From Hormiphora californensis (taxonomy: Eukaryota > Animalia > Ctenophora), in the NCBI GenBank assembly GCA_020137815.1, contig CM035355.1, positions 8,184,001 to 8,248,000 of the forward strand: DNA of 64,000 bases. The letters run 5' to 3'. The first letter of the stretch is position 1; each line of letters starts with the position of its first letter. The notes beneath the pieces are model-generated. The model did not search any database. It was not told the DNA's origin and was given only the letters and a program-made list of their open reading frames with translations. Shown here piece by piece: positions 1-9,679 of this stretch. Position numbers and translations under genes: made by a program.

Positions 1-255
1 CGGTAACCATGGTTACCATGTGTGTAATGGGGTCAGTTACCATGGTTACCATGTGTGTAATGGGGTCAGTTACCATGGTTACCATGTGTGTAAAGAAGAC
101 GGTTACCATGGTTACCATGTGTGTAATGGGGTCAGTTACCATGGTTACCATGTGTGTAAAGAAGACGGTTACCATGGTTACCATGTGTGTAAAGAAGACG
201 GTTACCATGGTTACCATGTGTGTAACGGGGTCGGTAACCATGGTTACCATGTGTA
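1..255. repeat. 33-bp intronic minisatellite (GGTTACCATGGTTACCATGTGTGTAA + TGGGGTCA/AGAAGAC variants)
   Basis: About 7 tandem units of two variants, lying in the ATXN3 intron downstream of exon 274-432. Confidence 0.9.
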
Positions 256-273
256 TATTATATTCTATATTGC

Positions 274-1047
274 CTGGACAGAGAAGAAGCCGCTGTCATC
301 CATGTTGTTCGAAGGTTGACGTTGCCACTCTTCAATCTCAGCAGCAGTTCCCCCATCCTCGATCCTCCTTCTCTCTTCCCTGTCAAGCTGCAGTGCTAAC
401 TCCCCCAGCTGGATGGCATCAAACACGGGCACCTGAGAGAGCAAATATGTGTGTTGCCCCCCCCCCCCGGTCATTCCACCCTCCCCCGGTCATTCCACCC
501 CTCCCTCGGTCATTCCACCCCTCCCTCGGTCATTCCACCCCTCCCTCGGTCATCCCACCCCTCCCTCGGTCATCCCACCCCTCCCTCGGTCATTCCACCC
601 CTCCCTCGGTCATTCCACCCCTCCCTCTGTCATTCCACCCCTCCCTCGGTCATTCCACCCCTCCTGGTCATTCCACCCCCCTGGTCATTCCACCCCCGGT
701 CATTCCACCCCTCCTTCGGTCATTCCACCCCTCCCTCGGTCATCCCACCCCTCCCTCGGTCATTCCACCCCTCCCTCGGTCATCCCACCCCTCCCTCGGT
801 CATTCCACCCCTCCCTCGGTCATTCCACCCCTCCCTCGGTCATCCCACCCCTCCCTCGGTCATTCCACCCCTCCCTCGGTCATTCCACCCCTCCCCCTGG
901 TCATTCCACCCCCCCCCCCCCCCGATCAATCCACTCCCCCCTCCGATCTATACAATCCTGTTAGCAGTGAATTACCTGTAAAAGCGTGTTTAGGCAGTGC
1001 TTGGCACAAAGTTGTCCCTCCTGAGTCTCATGGTGTATCAGCTCCAT
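274..1047 (-). CDS. ATXN3: Ataxin-3 (Josephin-domain deubiquitinase), first two coding exons: 1047-976 and 432-274; gene continues off the window start
   Basis: Spliced translation MELIHHETQEGQLCAKHCLNTLLQ|VPVFDAIQLGELALQLDREERRRIEDGGTAAEIEEWQRQPSNNMDDSGFFSVQ matches the ataxin-3 N-terminus (human MESIFHEKQEGSLCAQHCLNNLLQ...QPSGNMDDSGFFSIQ), with the catalytic Cys retained. Donor CAG|gtaatt at 975, acceptor ctctcag at 433, phase 0. Confidence 0.93.
469..910. repeat. 20-bp C-rich minisatellite (GGTCATTCCACCCCTCCCTC)n in an ATXN3 intron
   Basis: About 22 tandem units; source of the spurious Pro/Ser/His ORFs. Confidence 0.92.
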
Positions 1048-1055
1048 TACAGCTT

Positions 1056-1690
1056 CATATTCATCTAGTTAAAATAATATATCGGTTACCATGGTAACAT
1101 ATTCATCTAGTTAAAATAATATATCGGTTACCATGGTAACATATTCATCTAGTTAAAATAATATATCGGTTACCATGGTAACATATTCATCTAGTTAAAA
1201 TAATATATCGGTTACCATGGTAACATATTCATCTAGTTAAAATAATATATCGGTTACCATGGTAACATATTCATCTAGTTAAAATAATATATATCGGTTA
1301 CCATGGTTACATATTCATCTAGTTAAAATAATATATCGGTTACCATGGTAACATATTCATCTAGTTAAAATAATATATCGGTTACCATGGTAACATATTC
1401 ATCTAGTTAAAATAATATATCAGTTACCATGGTAACATATTCATCTAGTTAAAATAATATATCGGTTACCATGGTAACATATTCATCTAGTTAAAATAAT
1501 ATATCGGTTACCATGGTAACATATTCATCTAGTTAAAATAATATATCAGTTACCATGGTAACATATTCATCTAGTTAAAATAATATATCGGTTACCATGG
1601 TAACATATTCATCTAGTTAAAATAATATATCGGTTACCATGGCTTCATAACATATTCATCTAGTTAAAATAATATATCGGTTACCATGGT
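1056..1690 (-). repeat. 42-bp tandem array (15 copies) spanning the acceptor upstream of the ATXN3 start exon
   Basis: Minus-strand unit TTACCATGGTAACCGATATATTATTTTAACTAG|ATGAATATG; the copy at 1056 runs into unique exon sequence. Confidence 0.9.
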
Positions 1691-3234
1691 TACCATGGTT
1701 ACCATGGTAACCATGGCAATATATATGGCAATATATATGGTCGGGACGGCGCTGGCAGGTTGGGACCTACTGCCATTCCAAACCATCTAGTTTTAGTTTT
1801 CTAAACACCGGGGAACTTCTGTTGTTTCTTAGTTGTTTTAGTACAGACGTAAGTGTTAATCGCTGATTATAGTCAAACTTTTTTATTTCCCCGCCCGGGT
1901 GAATGCCGAAGGCATTCACCCGGATGCCTTTTGCAAAAAGGCATAGGGGTTTAGAATTCGACAAGATTACATACTAGTGAAGTGTCACGCTTTTTTTGTC
2001 CCGTGACGTAACCCATCCATAGCAACCATCCAGTGCGGAGTGCTCAAAATATCATTTGAAATACTTCACATACGCTCTAATCCAAATTGTCCACGAAGGC
2101 GACGCCCGCAAAGTTATTACAGTGCTGAAATGACGCACTTTCATTAGAACGCGCAGCCCGGCGCCGCGCGCCCCTTCCTGTTTGCAATTCATAACGTTCA
2201 TCGTTCGTCATGTGTTCGTCATTACAATTGCGCTCTGGTATTGTCATTGATTGCATGAGGTTAGTTGAGTGGAGATCACATAGACTAGAATTAAAAGGAG
2301 CCTAATTAGGCAGCTCATATCACCTGCACTGTTCTGTCTCACCTTTCAGAATCTCATTAGGTCATGGACGATGGGATGTAATTAGGAGTGTCACATGCCA
2401 ATGGCGGGGAAATACAGTACTATGGATACATAGTGCAAATATTCTTGTTTTGAAAATTATAGTGTGAGCCGGAATGGCGTCGAGTGCCGCAGTCGCGTTG
2501 AGTATTAGTTCGGACACGGTGGGTACCAGGGTGGGGTAACATGGTAAACGCACACAAAAGACCTTACCCGTCTTCGTGTTATTAGCCATGATGCGCCACC
2601 CTGTATACCCACCCAGATTTGTCCAGTGTGGCTGGTTTTCTTGACATTATATGATTTATTGCGGCGCATGCCACTGTCAGCGGCAGTTTTGATTGATTGA
2701 TTGAGTTTAGATGGCCATGAGGTGTGTTATTACTATTACTATGTTGTTATGCATCACTCACTAGTGAATAAATATGTAGTAGAAAAATGGTGCCAACGCA
2801 CTCTCTAAACTATCACTTTCTCAAGTGTACCCGTTTCCTGGGACATTGGCATACAGGGGTGCGCGTATGAGGGGGCTGCAGCGCATTCCAACCTGGGACA
2901 GTGACCTGCAATCTGCATTCGAGCCAAAGCTCAAATGAGGGGCCTCGGAAACGTTCAGGGTCATGCACATTCGGGTCACGCCAATCACAGCTCAGAACTT
3001 GGCAAACGCTGCTGGCCCCGCGGGATAAGGCAGCGCTTTTCAAGGGAAACAGAACTGAAAAGTTTGGCATGATTAATCACGAAATAGGGATCCCTAAAAA
3101 AGTTCAGTATTTACACAGCAAACGTGTTCCTTTTTTCCTTTTAAGTATTTACACAGCGTTTACACAGTCTTTACACAGTCGTTACACCCAGAGCGCCCGC
3201 GCCGCTCTGGGTGTAAAGACTGCGTCTTTCGCAC

Positions 3235-3456
3235 TAGTGGAAGCTCTTACGGTATTTCCCACGCCCCGTGGGAAAGTTTTTGACCGTGGGAAAGTTTTCA
3301 AACCGTGGGAAAAGAAAGATACATACAATAACATACAAAAAATAATTATTTTTTTAAAGTTATTGTATGTATCTCTCTTTTCCCACGGTTTGAAAACTTT
3401 CCCACGGTCAAAAACTTTCCCACGGGGCGTGGGAAATACCGTAAGAGCTTCCACTA
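3235..3456. mobile_element. Foldback MITE (222 bp), 3-bp TSD CAC
   Basis: Near-perfect palindrome TAGTGGAAGCTC...GAGCTTCCACTA flanked by CAC on both sides. The empty site (TTTCGCACTCGATT) is visible in the inverted partner at about 5590-5605. Confidence 0.88.
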
Positions 3457-3589
3457 CACTCGATTTGCAGCGTTTTCGGAAACTTTTTTCGCCGCAGCGC
3501 TCAATTTACCCAAGAAATATCTTCTTAAAAAAAATTTTGGCGGATATATATATAATAGGGATCCCTAAAAAAGTTCAGTATTTATATTT

Positions 3590-3973
3590 ATGGAGGCATC
3601 CTACCTCGATGTGCGGGTGTTTCACCCTAATGCTCCCTCCTACCAGAAAACATCAATCGCACAGCTACACAGAACTCACCAGAACCAGAAGAAAATGGCC
3701 TATTTGAGGAGGGTTCTAAACGTAGAGCAGGGTAGCTTCACTCCTCTTGTGTTTGCTACTTCAGGAGGCTTCGCACCAGAGGTTAAACGAGTTCTGGAAT
3801 GCGTTGGACACAAAATCTGCTCCAAGCACCAAGAAGGACTCAGTGAGACGATGTCTTTTATAAGACAAAAGCTCAGATTTAGCCTGTTGAGATCAACCTT
3901 AGTAGCATTGAGGGGCACTAAGAGGCGTGTGGTACCATTTATGCCGAGCGAAGTTGATTTCAGAGTGACGTAA
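3590..3973 (+). mobile_element. 3' fragment of a CRE-like non-LTR retrotransposon (restriction-like endonuclease domain)
   Basis: YLDVRVFHPNAPSY...KKMAYLRRVLNVEQGSFTPLVFATSGG...LRFSLLRS..ALRG is the typical C-terminal RLE signature of metazoan CRE-type elements; 5' truncated. Confidence 0.75.
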
Positions 3974-4491
3974 TTTATTCTGTGTTTACTTTTATAAATC
4001 GCTAGGGACGTGCGTGGTGTTTAAGTTTAAGTTTAAGTTTACGCACAATTTATCACAAAGTCACACAATTAATATATAACTTCGTCCCGCTCTTACACCA
4101 TACACTAATAAAGTGATACAAGGCTGAGAGGTGAAAATATACAGTTCACATCAGCGGTTTCCTAAAGCGGTTTAAACAATACTTAGAGACAGTGATACAC
4201 ATCCTAGTAGCATTAGATGCACAAAATACGAGGAACAAGGGGTTATAGAAAACAAGGTAACGAACTAACAAAACAAGCAGACAAACATAAAAACAGATTA
4301 AACAGAATACATAAAGTCACAGACGCAAAACACAACATCAGCAGTCAATACAAAACGGTTAATACAAAAACATACTAACACACGTACAAACACATTCACA
4401 GACAAACAGACAATCACAAACACATACACACAGATTCGGTAATAAATAAATAATAAATTAGCTGTCCTTCAAACACACACTCACTGAAGAG

Positions 4492-4726
4492 TCCTTGACA
4501 AGTTTTTTATCGAGAAAAACGTATTGAGAAAAACGGTATCCTTGACAAGTTTTTTATCGAGAAAAACGTATTGAGAAAAACGGTATCCTTGACAAGTTTT
4601 TTATCGAGAAAAACGTATTGAGAAAAACGGTATCCTTGACAAGTTTTTTATCGAGAAAAACGTATTGAGAAAAACGGTATCCTTGACAAGTTTTTTATCG
4701 AGAAAAACGTATTGAGAAAAACGGTG
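4492..4726. repeat. 47-bp tandem repeat x5
   Basis: Unit TCCTTGACAAGTTTTTTATCGAGAAAAACGTATTGAGAAAAACGGTA. Confidence 0.9.
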
Positions 4727-5677
4727 TGTATGGTCTTCTTTCTTCATTCTTCGGCATAAAACTCAGCCAGTCTGGAACCTCAGCTACTCAAACTCTGCTA
4801 AACAACTCAGAGGCCAGAAAATGTTAACAATTTACACAAAATGCACACACTCAGTCATAGGTGGTCCCTCTACTAAGTCTCAGGTAGATGTAGGAAGGAA
4901 TGGTGTAGAAAGTAGGAAGGGATGTAGGAAGGAATATAGGAAGGAATGGTGCAGAGTAGAGACAGTAGGTCAGGTGGGATGTAAGGAAGCTGGAGAGAGG
5001 GTCTGGAAGAAGAGACAGCACCTAGGACACGGGAAACCCAGGAACGAACCAGGTAAGGACAGGGAGGCAGACTATTTAGTTCCATGGAACTGCAGGAAGA
5101 AATGATGTAGGATTGAGAAAGCAGGTAGGATTGAGAAAGCAGGTCATAGGTGGGATATAGGGGTGTGTACCAGGAGTGGTGAATTATGCAGCCATTCTTT
5201 ATTGTGTCTCTACCTCTTTTCTCCGTGTCCTAACACAATATACCTATGGTACACCCGCACACGTGTTCCTTTATTTTCTGCTTGGTATTTATACAGAGTT
5301 TAAACAGTCTTTAAAGTGCGTTTCAAACGACTTGACCTGAGATTCCTGGAAATTCAGGATTTCCCCTTTGTAAATACACGCGCAATGCGCCAAATTCCAA
5401 GAATTACGGGTCAAGTCGCTTGAAACGGACTTTACACAGTCGTTACACAGTCGTTACGGAAAACGTTAAAATCTGGGTGCCTTCCATTGCTAACATTTCA
5501 TCGATTTTGGGGTTCGAGACGGGTTAGGGCTGTTGTTAGGGTCGGGTTAAATTGAGCGCTGCGGCGAAAAAAGTTTCCGAAAACGCTGCAAATCGAGTGC
5601 GAAAGACGCAGTCTTTACACCGAGAGCGGCGGCCAGCGTTAAAATCTGGGTGTTTTGAGAGTGCTGACAAACGGTTT

Positions 5678-5737
5678 TTTAGGGTTAGGGCTAAAGTAGG
5701 GTTAGGGTTAGGGTTGGGGTTTGGGTTGGGGTTAGGC
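5678..5737 (+). repeat. Degenerate interstitial (TTAGGG)n-like tract inside the TIR element
   Basis: TTTAGGGTTAGGGCTAAAGTAGGGTTAGGGTTAGGGTTGGGG... Confidence 0.7.
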
Positions 5738-5986
5738 ATTGACATTCCCTACCAGATAAACTTTGAATCAGCCAAAACGGTTGAGTGGTTTGGCGGTTAG
5801 AGCCATTTTAGTGAATCAACTTTTTTGGCAGCGCGCACCTGTAAACAGGCCTCCAAACACCCAGATCGTAACGGCGCCCGAGAGCGGCGCGGGCGCTCTG
5901 GGTGTAATGACTGTGTAAAGACTGTGTAAACGCTGTGTAAACGCTGTGTAAACGCTGTGTAAATACTGAACTTTTTTAGGGATCCC

Positions 5987-6816
5987 TATGGTCGGTTAGA
6001 CATCAGTACACGTGATTTCTGGTCTAAAGTGTAAGCGAAACTAAAACGAACCCCCTGTGCGGCTCAAATTGAACGTTTTTGGTCATCCGTCAATTCTTAA
6101 CCAAATCGCTTAAATTTTGGCTCGTTGGAAAGCCCCGAATGTCCTCTTTCTAATGAACCCAGGTTTATGCAATTTGGTCAAGAATTGACGGAGTTATGAC
6201 CAAAAACATACTAAATAGTGCTGAAAAAGTACATTCGGTCGTTTTTGGTCATAACTCCGTCAATTCTTGACCAAATTGCATAAACCTGAGTTCATTAGAA
6301 AGAGGACATTCAGGGCTTTCCAACGAGCCCAAATTTAAGCGATTTGGTTAAGAATTGACGGAGTTATGACCAAAAACGTTCAATTTGAGCCGCACAGGGG
6401 GTTCGTTTTAGTTTCGCTTACACTTTAGTATGGATAACACCTATTTCGATGTGAGGATTTTTTATCCTAGGGTGGCGTCTAACTCTAACCAGTCAATCTC
6501 TAAAGTGTACGAAAAACACGAAAGGGAGAAAAAGACTGGCTACCTTCATCGGGTCATTGAAGTGGAAAAATCTTCATTTACACCTTTGGTCATGTCCACA
6601 ACGGGGGGACTCGGTCGAGAATTCAAAAAGACACTGAAACAGCTAGCCGATAAGAAAGCTAAGACAACGAGATTTTCCTACGAACAATGTATCCGCTATC
6701 TTCGACTCAGACTATCTTTCGCCATGGTGCGATCAATAACCATCTCCATCAGGGGGCATCGGAGGAGATTGAGGGGCGAAGGCAGCAGGGACGAGCAGAT
6801 ATACCAAGTTGGGTAA
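5987..6816 (+). mobile_element. Second CRE-like RLE 3' fragment, interrupted by a MITE
   Basis: Removing 6027-6427 restores the frame GRLDISTRDFWSSMDNTYFDVRIFYPRVASN...HEREKKTGYLHRVIEVEKSSFTPLVMSTTGG...LSFAMVRS..SIRG. Confidence 0.8.
6027..6425. mobile_element. Foldback MITE with TA TSD (Tc1/mariner-type)
   Basis: TA|AAGTGTAAGCGAAAC...GTTTCGCTTACACTT|TA; excision restores the host reading frame. Confidence 0.88.
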
Positions 6817-7039
6817 CTGACTATTTTTATATTTAATTTATTACAGATTTGATTATTATAAGTGTATACACGTATTTATATTCAGGCCGATGTTGGCCGC
6901 CACCCCCCCCCCCCCCCCCGAAAAAGCCGCAAAACGCAGCACGCACCGCTCTGGGTGTAATGACTGTGTAAAGACTGTGTAAACGCTGTGTAAATACTGA
7001 ACTTTTTTAAGGATCCCTAAAAAAGTTCATGCGGCGGAC

Positions 7040-7280
7040 GTATAGATGTACACATAAATTAATGGGACCATACGACTTTTCAAACAGGTGGGTTTTGAGT
7101 CTGGATTTGAAAGTTTCCTCGTCTGAACAGTTGCGAATGTCAATGGGAAGTTGATTCCAGATCCTCGGGCCTGAAACTTGAAATGCACGCTGTGTGGTTT
7201 TGTACTTGGTTGAAAAATCCCTTTCCAAAAGGGTCAGATCACCGTCGTGACGTAGTGATTTTCCTTTCCTCTGACGTTTG
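7040..7280 (-). mobile_element. 3' fragment of a CR1/L2-group LINE ORF2
   Basis: RAFQVSGPRIWNQLPIDIR...FKSRLKTHLF is the typical post-RT C-terminus. Confidence 0.75.
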
Positions 7281-7618
7281 TTTATTAGATTTTGAAGATA
7301 TATAAATATTTTACTGAAAATTCTATTTTTGGGGTGGTTTCCCTATCCAAATGGTCTCAGAAAGTCTTGGCAGCAAAGCTGCCAAGAATTTTTGGGGGTT
7401 GTGCACTGTGCAGTGTGCACCCCCAAAACTGTGCACCCCCCGCATCACCCCCCTGGAGCCAGCCCTGTCTTTAATTTCAAGACGCACTTTTTTGCCAATA
7501 TCTAATCCATGTTCAAAATTTCTAATCTCACCATAATTCATGTTACCCCTCGAAATTTTTAGGTTAAACCCCCCAATTATAATTCATGTTACCCCTCTCT
7601 CCTGTTTTAGGCGACAGT

Positions 7619-9040
7619 ATGGGAGTAGTTGCATCGAGGAGAGAAAGGGACCCTCCAACAGAAGAACAAGATTCCTCCTCACTTCCTCCAGCTGTAGATA
7701 CCCTTGAACTGGAGTTTGAAGCAGCTCCCTTTTTTACACTGTACCTGAACTCCGGAGATGAAATGCAAGTCAGAACAGTTGACTTAGCTCGTGTTAGTCG
7801 GGTTTTCTACCGTATTGCAAAGGGAGTGGACAATGAAAACGCTGGCTATGATCTTTCAGAGTACCATGACCTGGCTGTTCGATCTCTGATTGAGGCAATC
7901 AACTTGGAGGAACGGAGACCCCAAATAACACAAGATTACTTCCGGGACATTCTGAAATTGTCTCTCCACTTGGAAATTGAATGGGCCAGTGATTGCTGCT
8001 ACGATTGGTTTGAGCAACAGATCATGGCTATTGAAAATGTTACAGCTGATACAGTAGGGCCTTGGTTGAAGGAGGCATCTTTTATATGGAAAAAGTTCTC
8101 TAATATGAAACCCCTCAACTTTATAACAAAACGGGTTTACCAACTGGATGCCCGATCTACCTTTGTTGAGCTACTCTGTAAGCGGTACCGGAGTCTCTCC
8201 CAGATTGAACTAAAAGTTCTGCTGGTGTGTTCTGAGTGTGACGGTGACAACTGTATCCTGCTCCCCCCTTTGTTTGATAAAATCAGTCTGGAAATAGCAG
8301 AAGGAAGCTTTCGCCTGTCGGACAATCTCAAATTTCTACTGGAGAATTCTTGTCTCGACAGTCTTGCTACTTCTGACCTGAAACAATTTACCCTGTACTA
8401 CACTAATATTATGGATAGCAATCTGCTGTTAACTCGGGATGATTTTCAGTGGTTATTGGATTTTAGGAAATCGTGTCTTGCAGCAACCGGCGAAGTGTGT
8501 TATTTTAGGTATGAGACAATTCCTGGTGAAACAGCTGACGAAAAGTTTTCTTATTTAATTGACAACAGCACCAAGTTCTATAACTTTTGTAACTTTTTGA
8601 GTGAACTGCAATACCATCATATCGATATTTTCTCTGTTCGTGATTACATACTGCGAATTAATGCAGTCAAGACAGAACGAGGCTGGGGAACTGCACCTGG
8701 TAATTGGTTACGGTGGTGGTTTGAAAGGACACTTCCCAGTGGCATGTGTGTACCGGATGAGTGGTTTAGTGAGGACTGGCAGCGGGCTTATGTAAGACAT
8801 GGTACTTCAGACATTATTCCAATGGAACATAAGAATTGGCCGGTCTGCAACCAGGGAACACGCTGCGGATTTAAAGTGAAGTGTCAGCGCGAGCGAGATG
8901 TACTTGATGTTAACAGTTTCATATGGAGGTGTACACTTGAACCAGCTAAGGGTTACCATTACCATCCGAAACGATACAGAGGTGCTGTCCTAGGTCCGAG
9001 GTTATATTCACCACGTCTCGGTATATTCTTTAAATCTTAA
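7619..9040 (+). CDS. Intronless 473-aa protein with N-terminal MGxxxS myristoylation motif and BTB/POZ-like domain; function unknown
   Basis: Long unique-sequence ORF. A polypyrimidine acceptor (ctctctcctgttttag at 7610) precedes ATG GGA (MGVVAS). FTLYLNSGDEMQV..DLARVSRVF...ITQDYFRDILKLSLHLEIEWASDCC resembles a BTB fold; Cys/His-rich C-terminus. Confidence 0.72.
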   Translation: MGVVASRRERDPPTEEQDSSSLPPAVDTLELEFEAAPFFTLYLNSGDEMQVRTVDLARVSRVFYRIAKGVDNENAGYDLSEYHDLAVRSLIEAINLEERRPQITQDYFRDILKLSLHLEIEWASDCCYDWFEQQIMAIENVTADTVGPWLKEASFIWKKFSNMKPLNFITKRVYQLDARSTFVELLCKRYRSLSQIELKVLLVCSECDGDNCILLPPLFDKISLEIAEGSFRLSDNLKFLLENSCLDSLATSDLKQFTLYYTNIMDSNLLLTRDDFQWLLDFRKSCLAATGEVCYFRYETIPGETADEKFSYLIDNSTKFYNFCNFLSELQYHHIDIFSVRDYILRINAVKTERGWGTAPGNWLRWWFERTLPSGMCVPDEWFSEDWQRAYVRHGTSDIIPMEHKNWPVCNQGTRCGFKVKCQRERDVLDVNSFIWRCTLEPAKGYHYHPKRYRGAVLGPRLYSPRLGIFFKS

Positions 9041-9266
9041 GATAGATCTTCTTGAGGATCTAGTACACAGGGACAGCTCCGGATTGGTAATTGGTGTCCA
9101 GGTGTTCATGGACAACAGAGAGCTAAGGAGACTTTGATTTTTGTTTCTTACATTTTGTACAATATATTGGACAAACATGTTATTGTAAGATTTTGTAAAA
9201 GTTTTTAGTCACTAAATATTAGTATCTCACTGATTTATAATAACTTTCACAGTAAGTTGACTTTAT

Positions 9267-9425
9267 GGTGAGATGTGTTACACAATAGGTGTTGAGCCAC
9301 ACTTTACTGGTGAGATGTGTTACACAATAGGTGTTGAGCCACACTTTACTGGTGAGATGTGTTACACAATAGGTGTTGAGCCACACTTTACTGGTGAGAT
9401 GTTTACACATATAGGTTTTGAGCCA
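9267..9425. repeat. 42-bp tandem repeat x3-4
   Basis: Unit GGTGAGATGTGTTACACAATAGGTGTTGAGCCACACTTTACT. Confidence 0.85.
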
Positions 9426-9679
9426 GCGACTTTACTGGTGATGATTGTTTACCCACCACATTATACACAATATATGTTGATGTTAAATACTGGTGAGATG
9501 TGTTACACAACATGTTGATGATGCATTACGTTGTGTAACATGTTACACATGTTACTCATGTTGATGATGGTTAGATTTTACACAATATGTTAAATACTGG
9601 TTAGTTTTGACATGATATCAGATTTGATACATATGTATTATTTTAGTACTCATTTTCACCATTTTCGTTAATCCCTCAG

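Larger units (their letters stand above)
3085..5988. mobile_element. Non-autonomous DNA-transposon-like element with long imperfect terminal inverted repeats starting TAGGGATCCCTAAAAAAGTTCAGTATTTACACAGC, containing nested insertions
   Basis: 3085-3215 is the reverse complement of about 5881-5988. 3212-3497 (minus the MITE) is the reverse complement of 5549-5620. Further end copies at 3556 and 6947-7030. No TSD found. Confidence 0.6.

Noticed and set aside
9-1097. Long plus-strand ORFs (362, 171 and 176 aa)
   Set aside because: Translations of minisatellites lying antisense to ATXN3.
2350-2770. Possible 5' exons of PQLC1 (acceptor at 2349, fragments such as ITMLLCI)
   Set aside because: No continuous frame or clear first PQ motif; the sequence may be error-rich and cannot be supported.
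2901-3707. 268-aa ORF
   Set aside because: Runs through TIR and palindromic MITE sequence; no domain signal.
4020-5235. Possible solo LTR (minus strand begins TGTTAG at about 5234)
   Set aside because: No matching opposite terminus or TSD could be found.
5678-5737. Telomere or chromosome-fusion remnant
   Set aside because: Short, degenerate and internal to a dispersed repeat.
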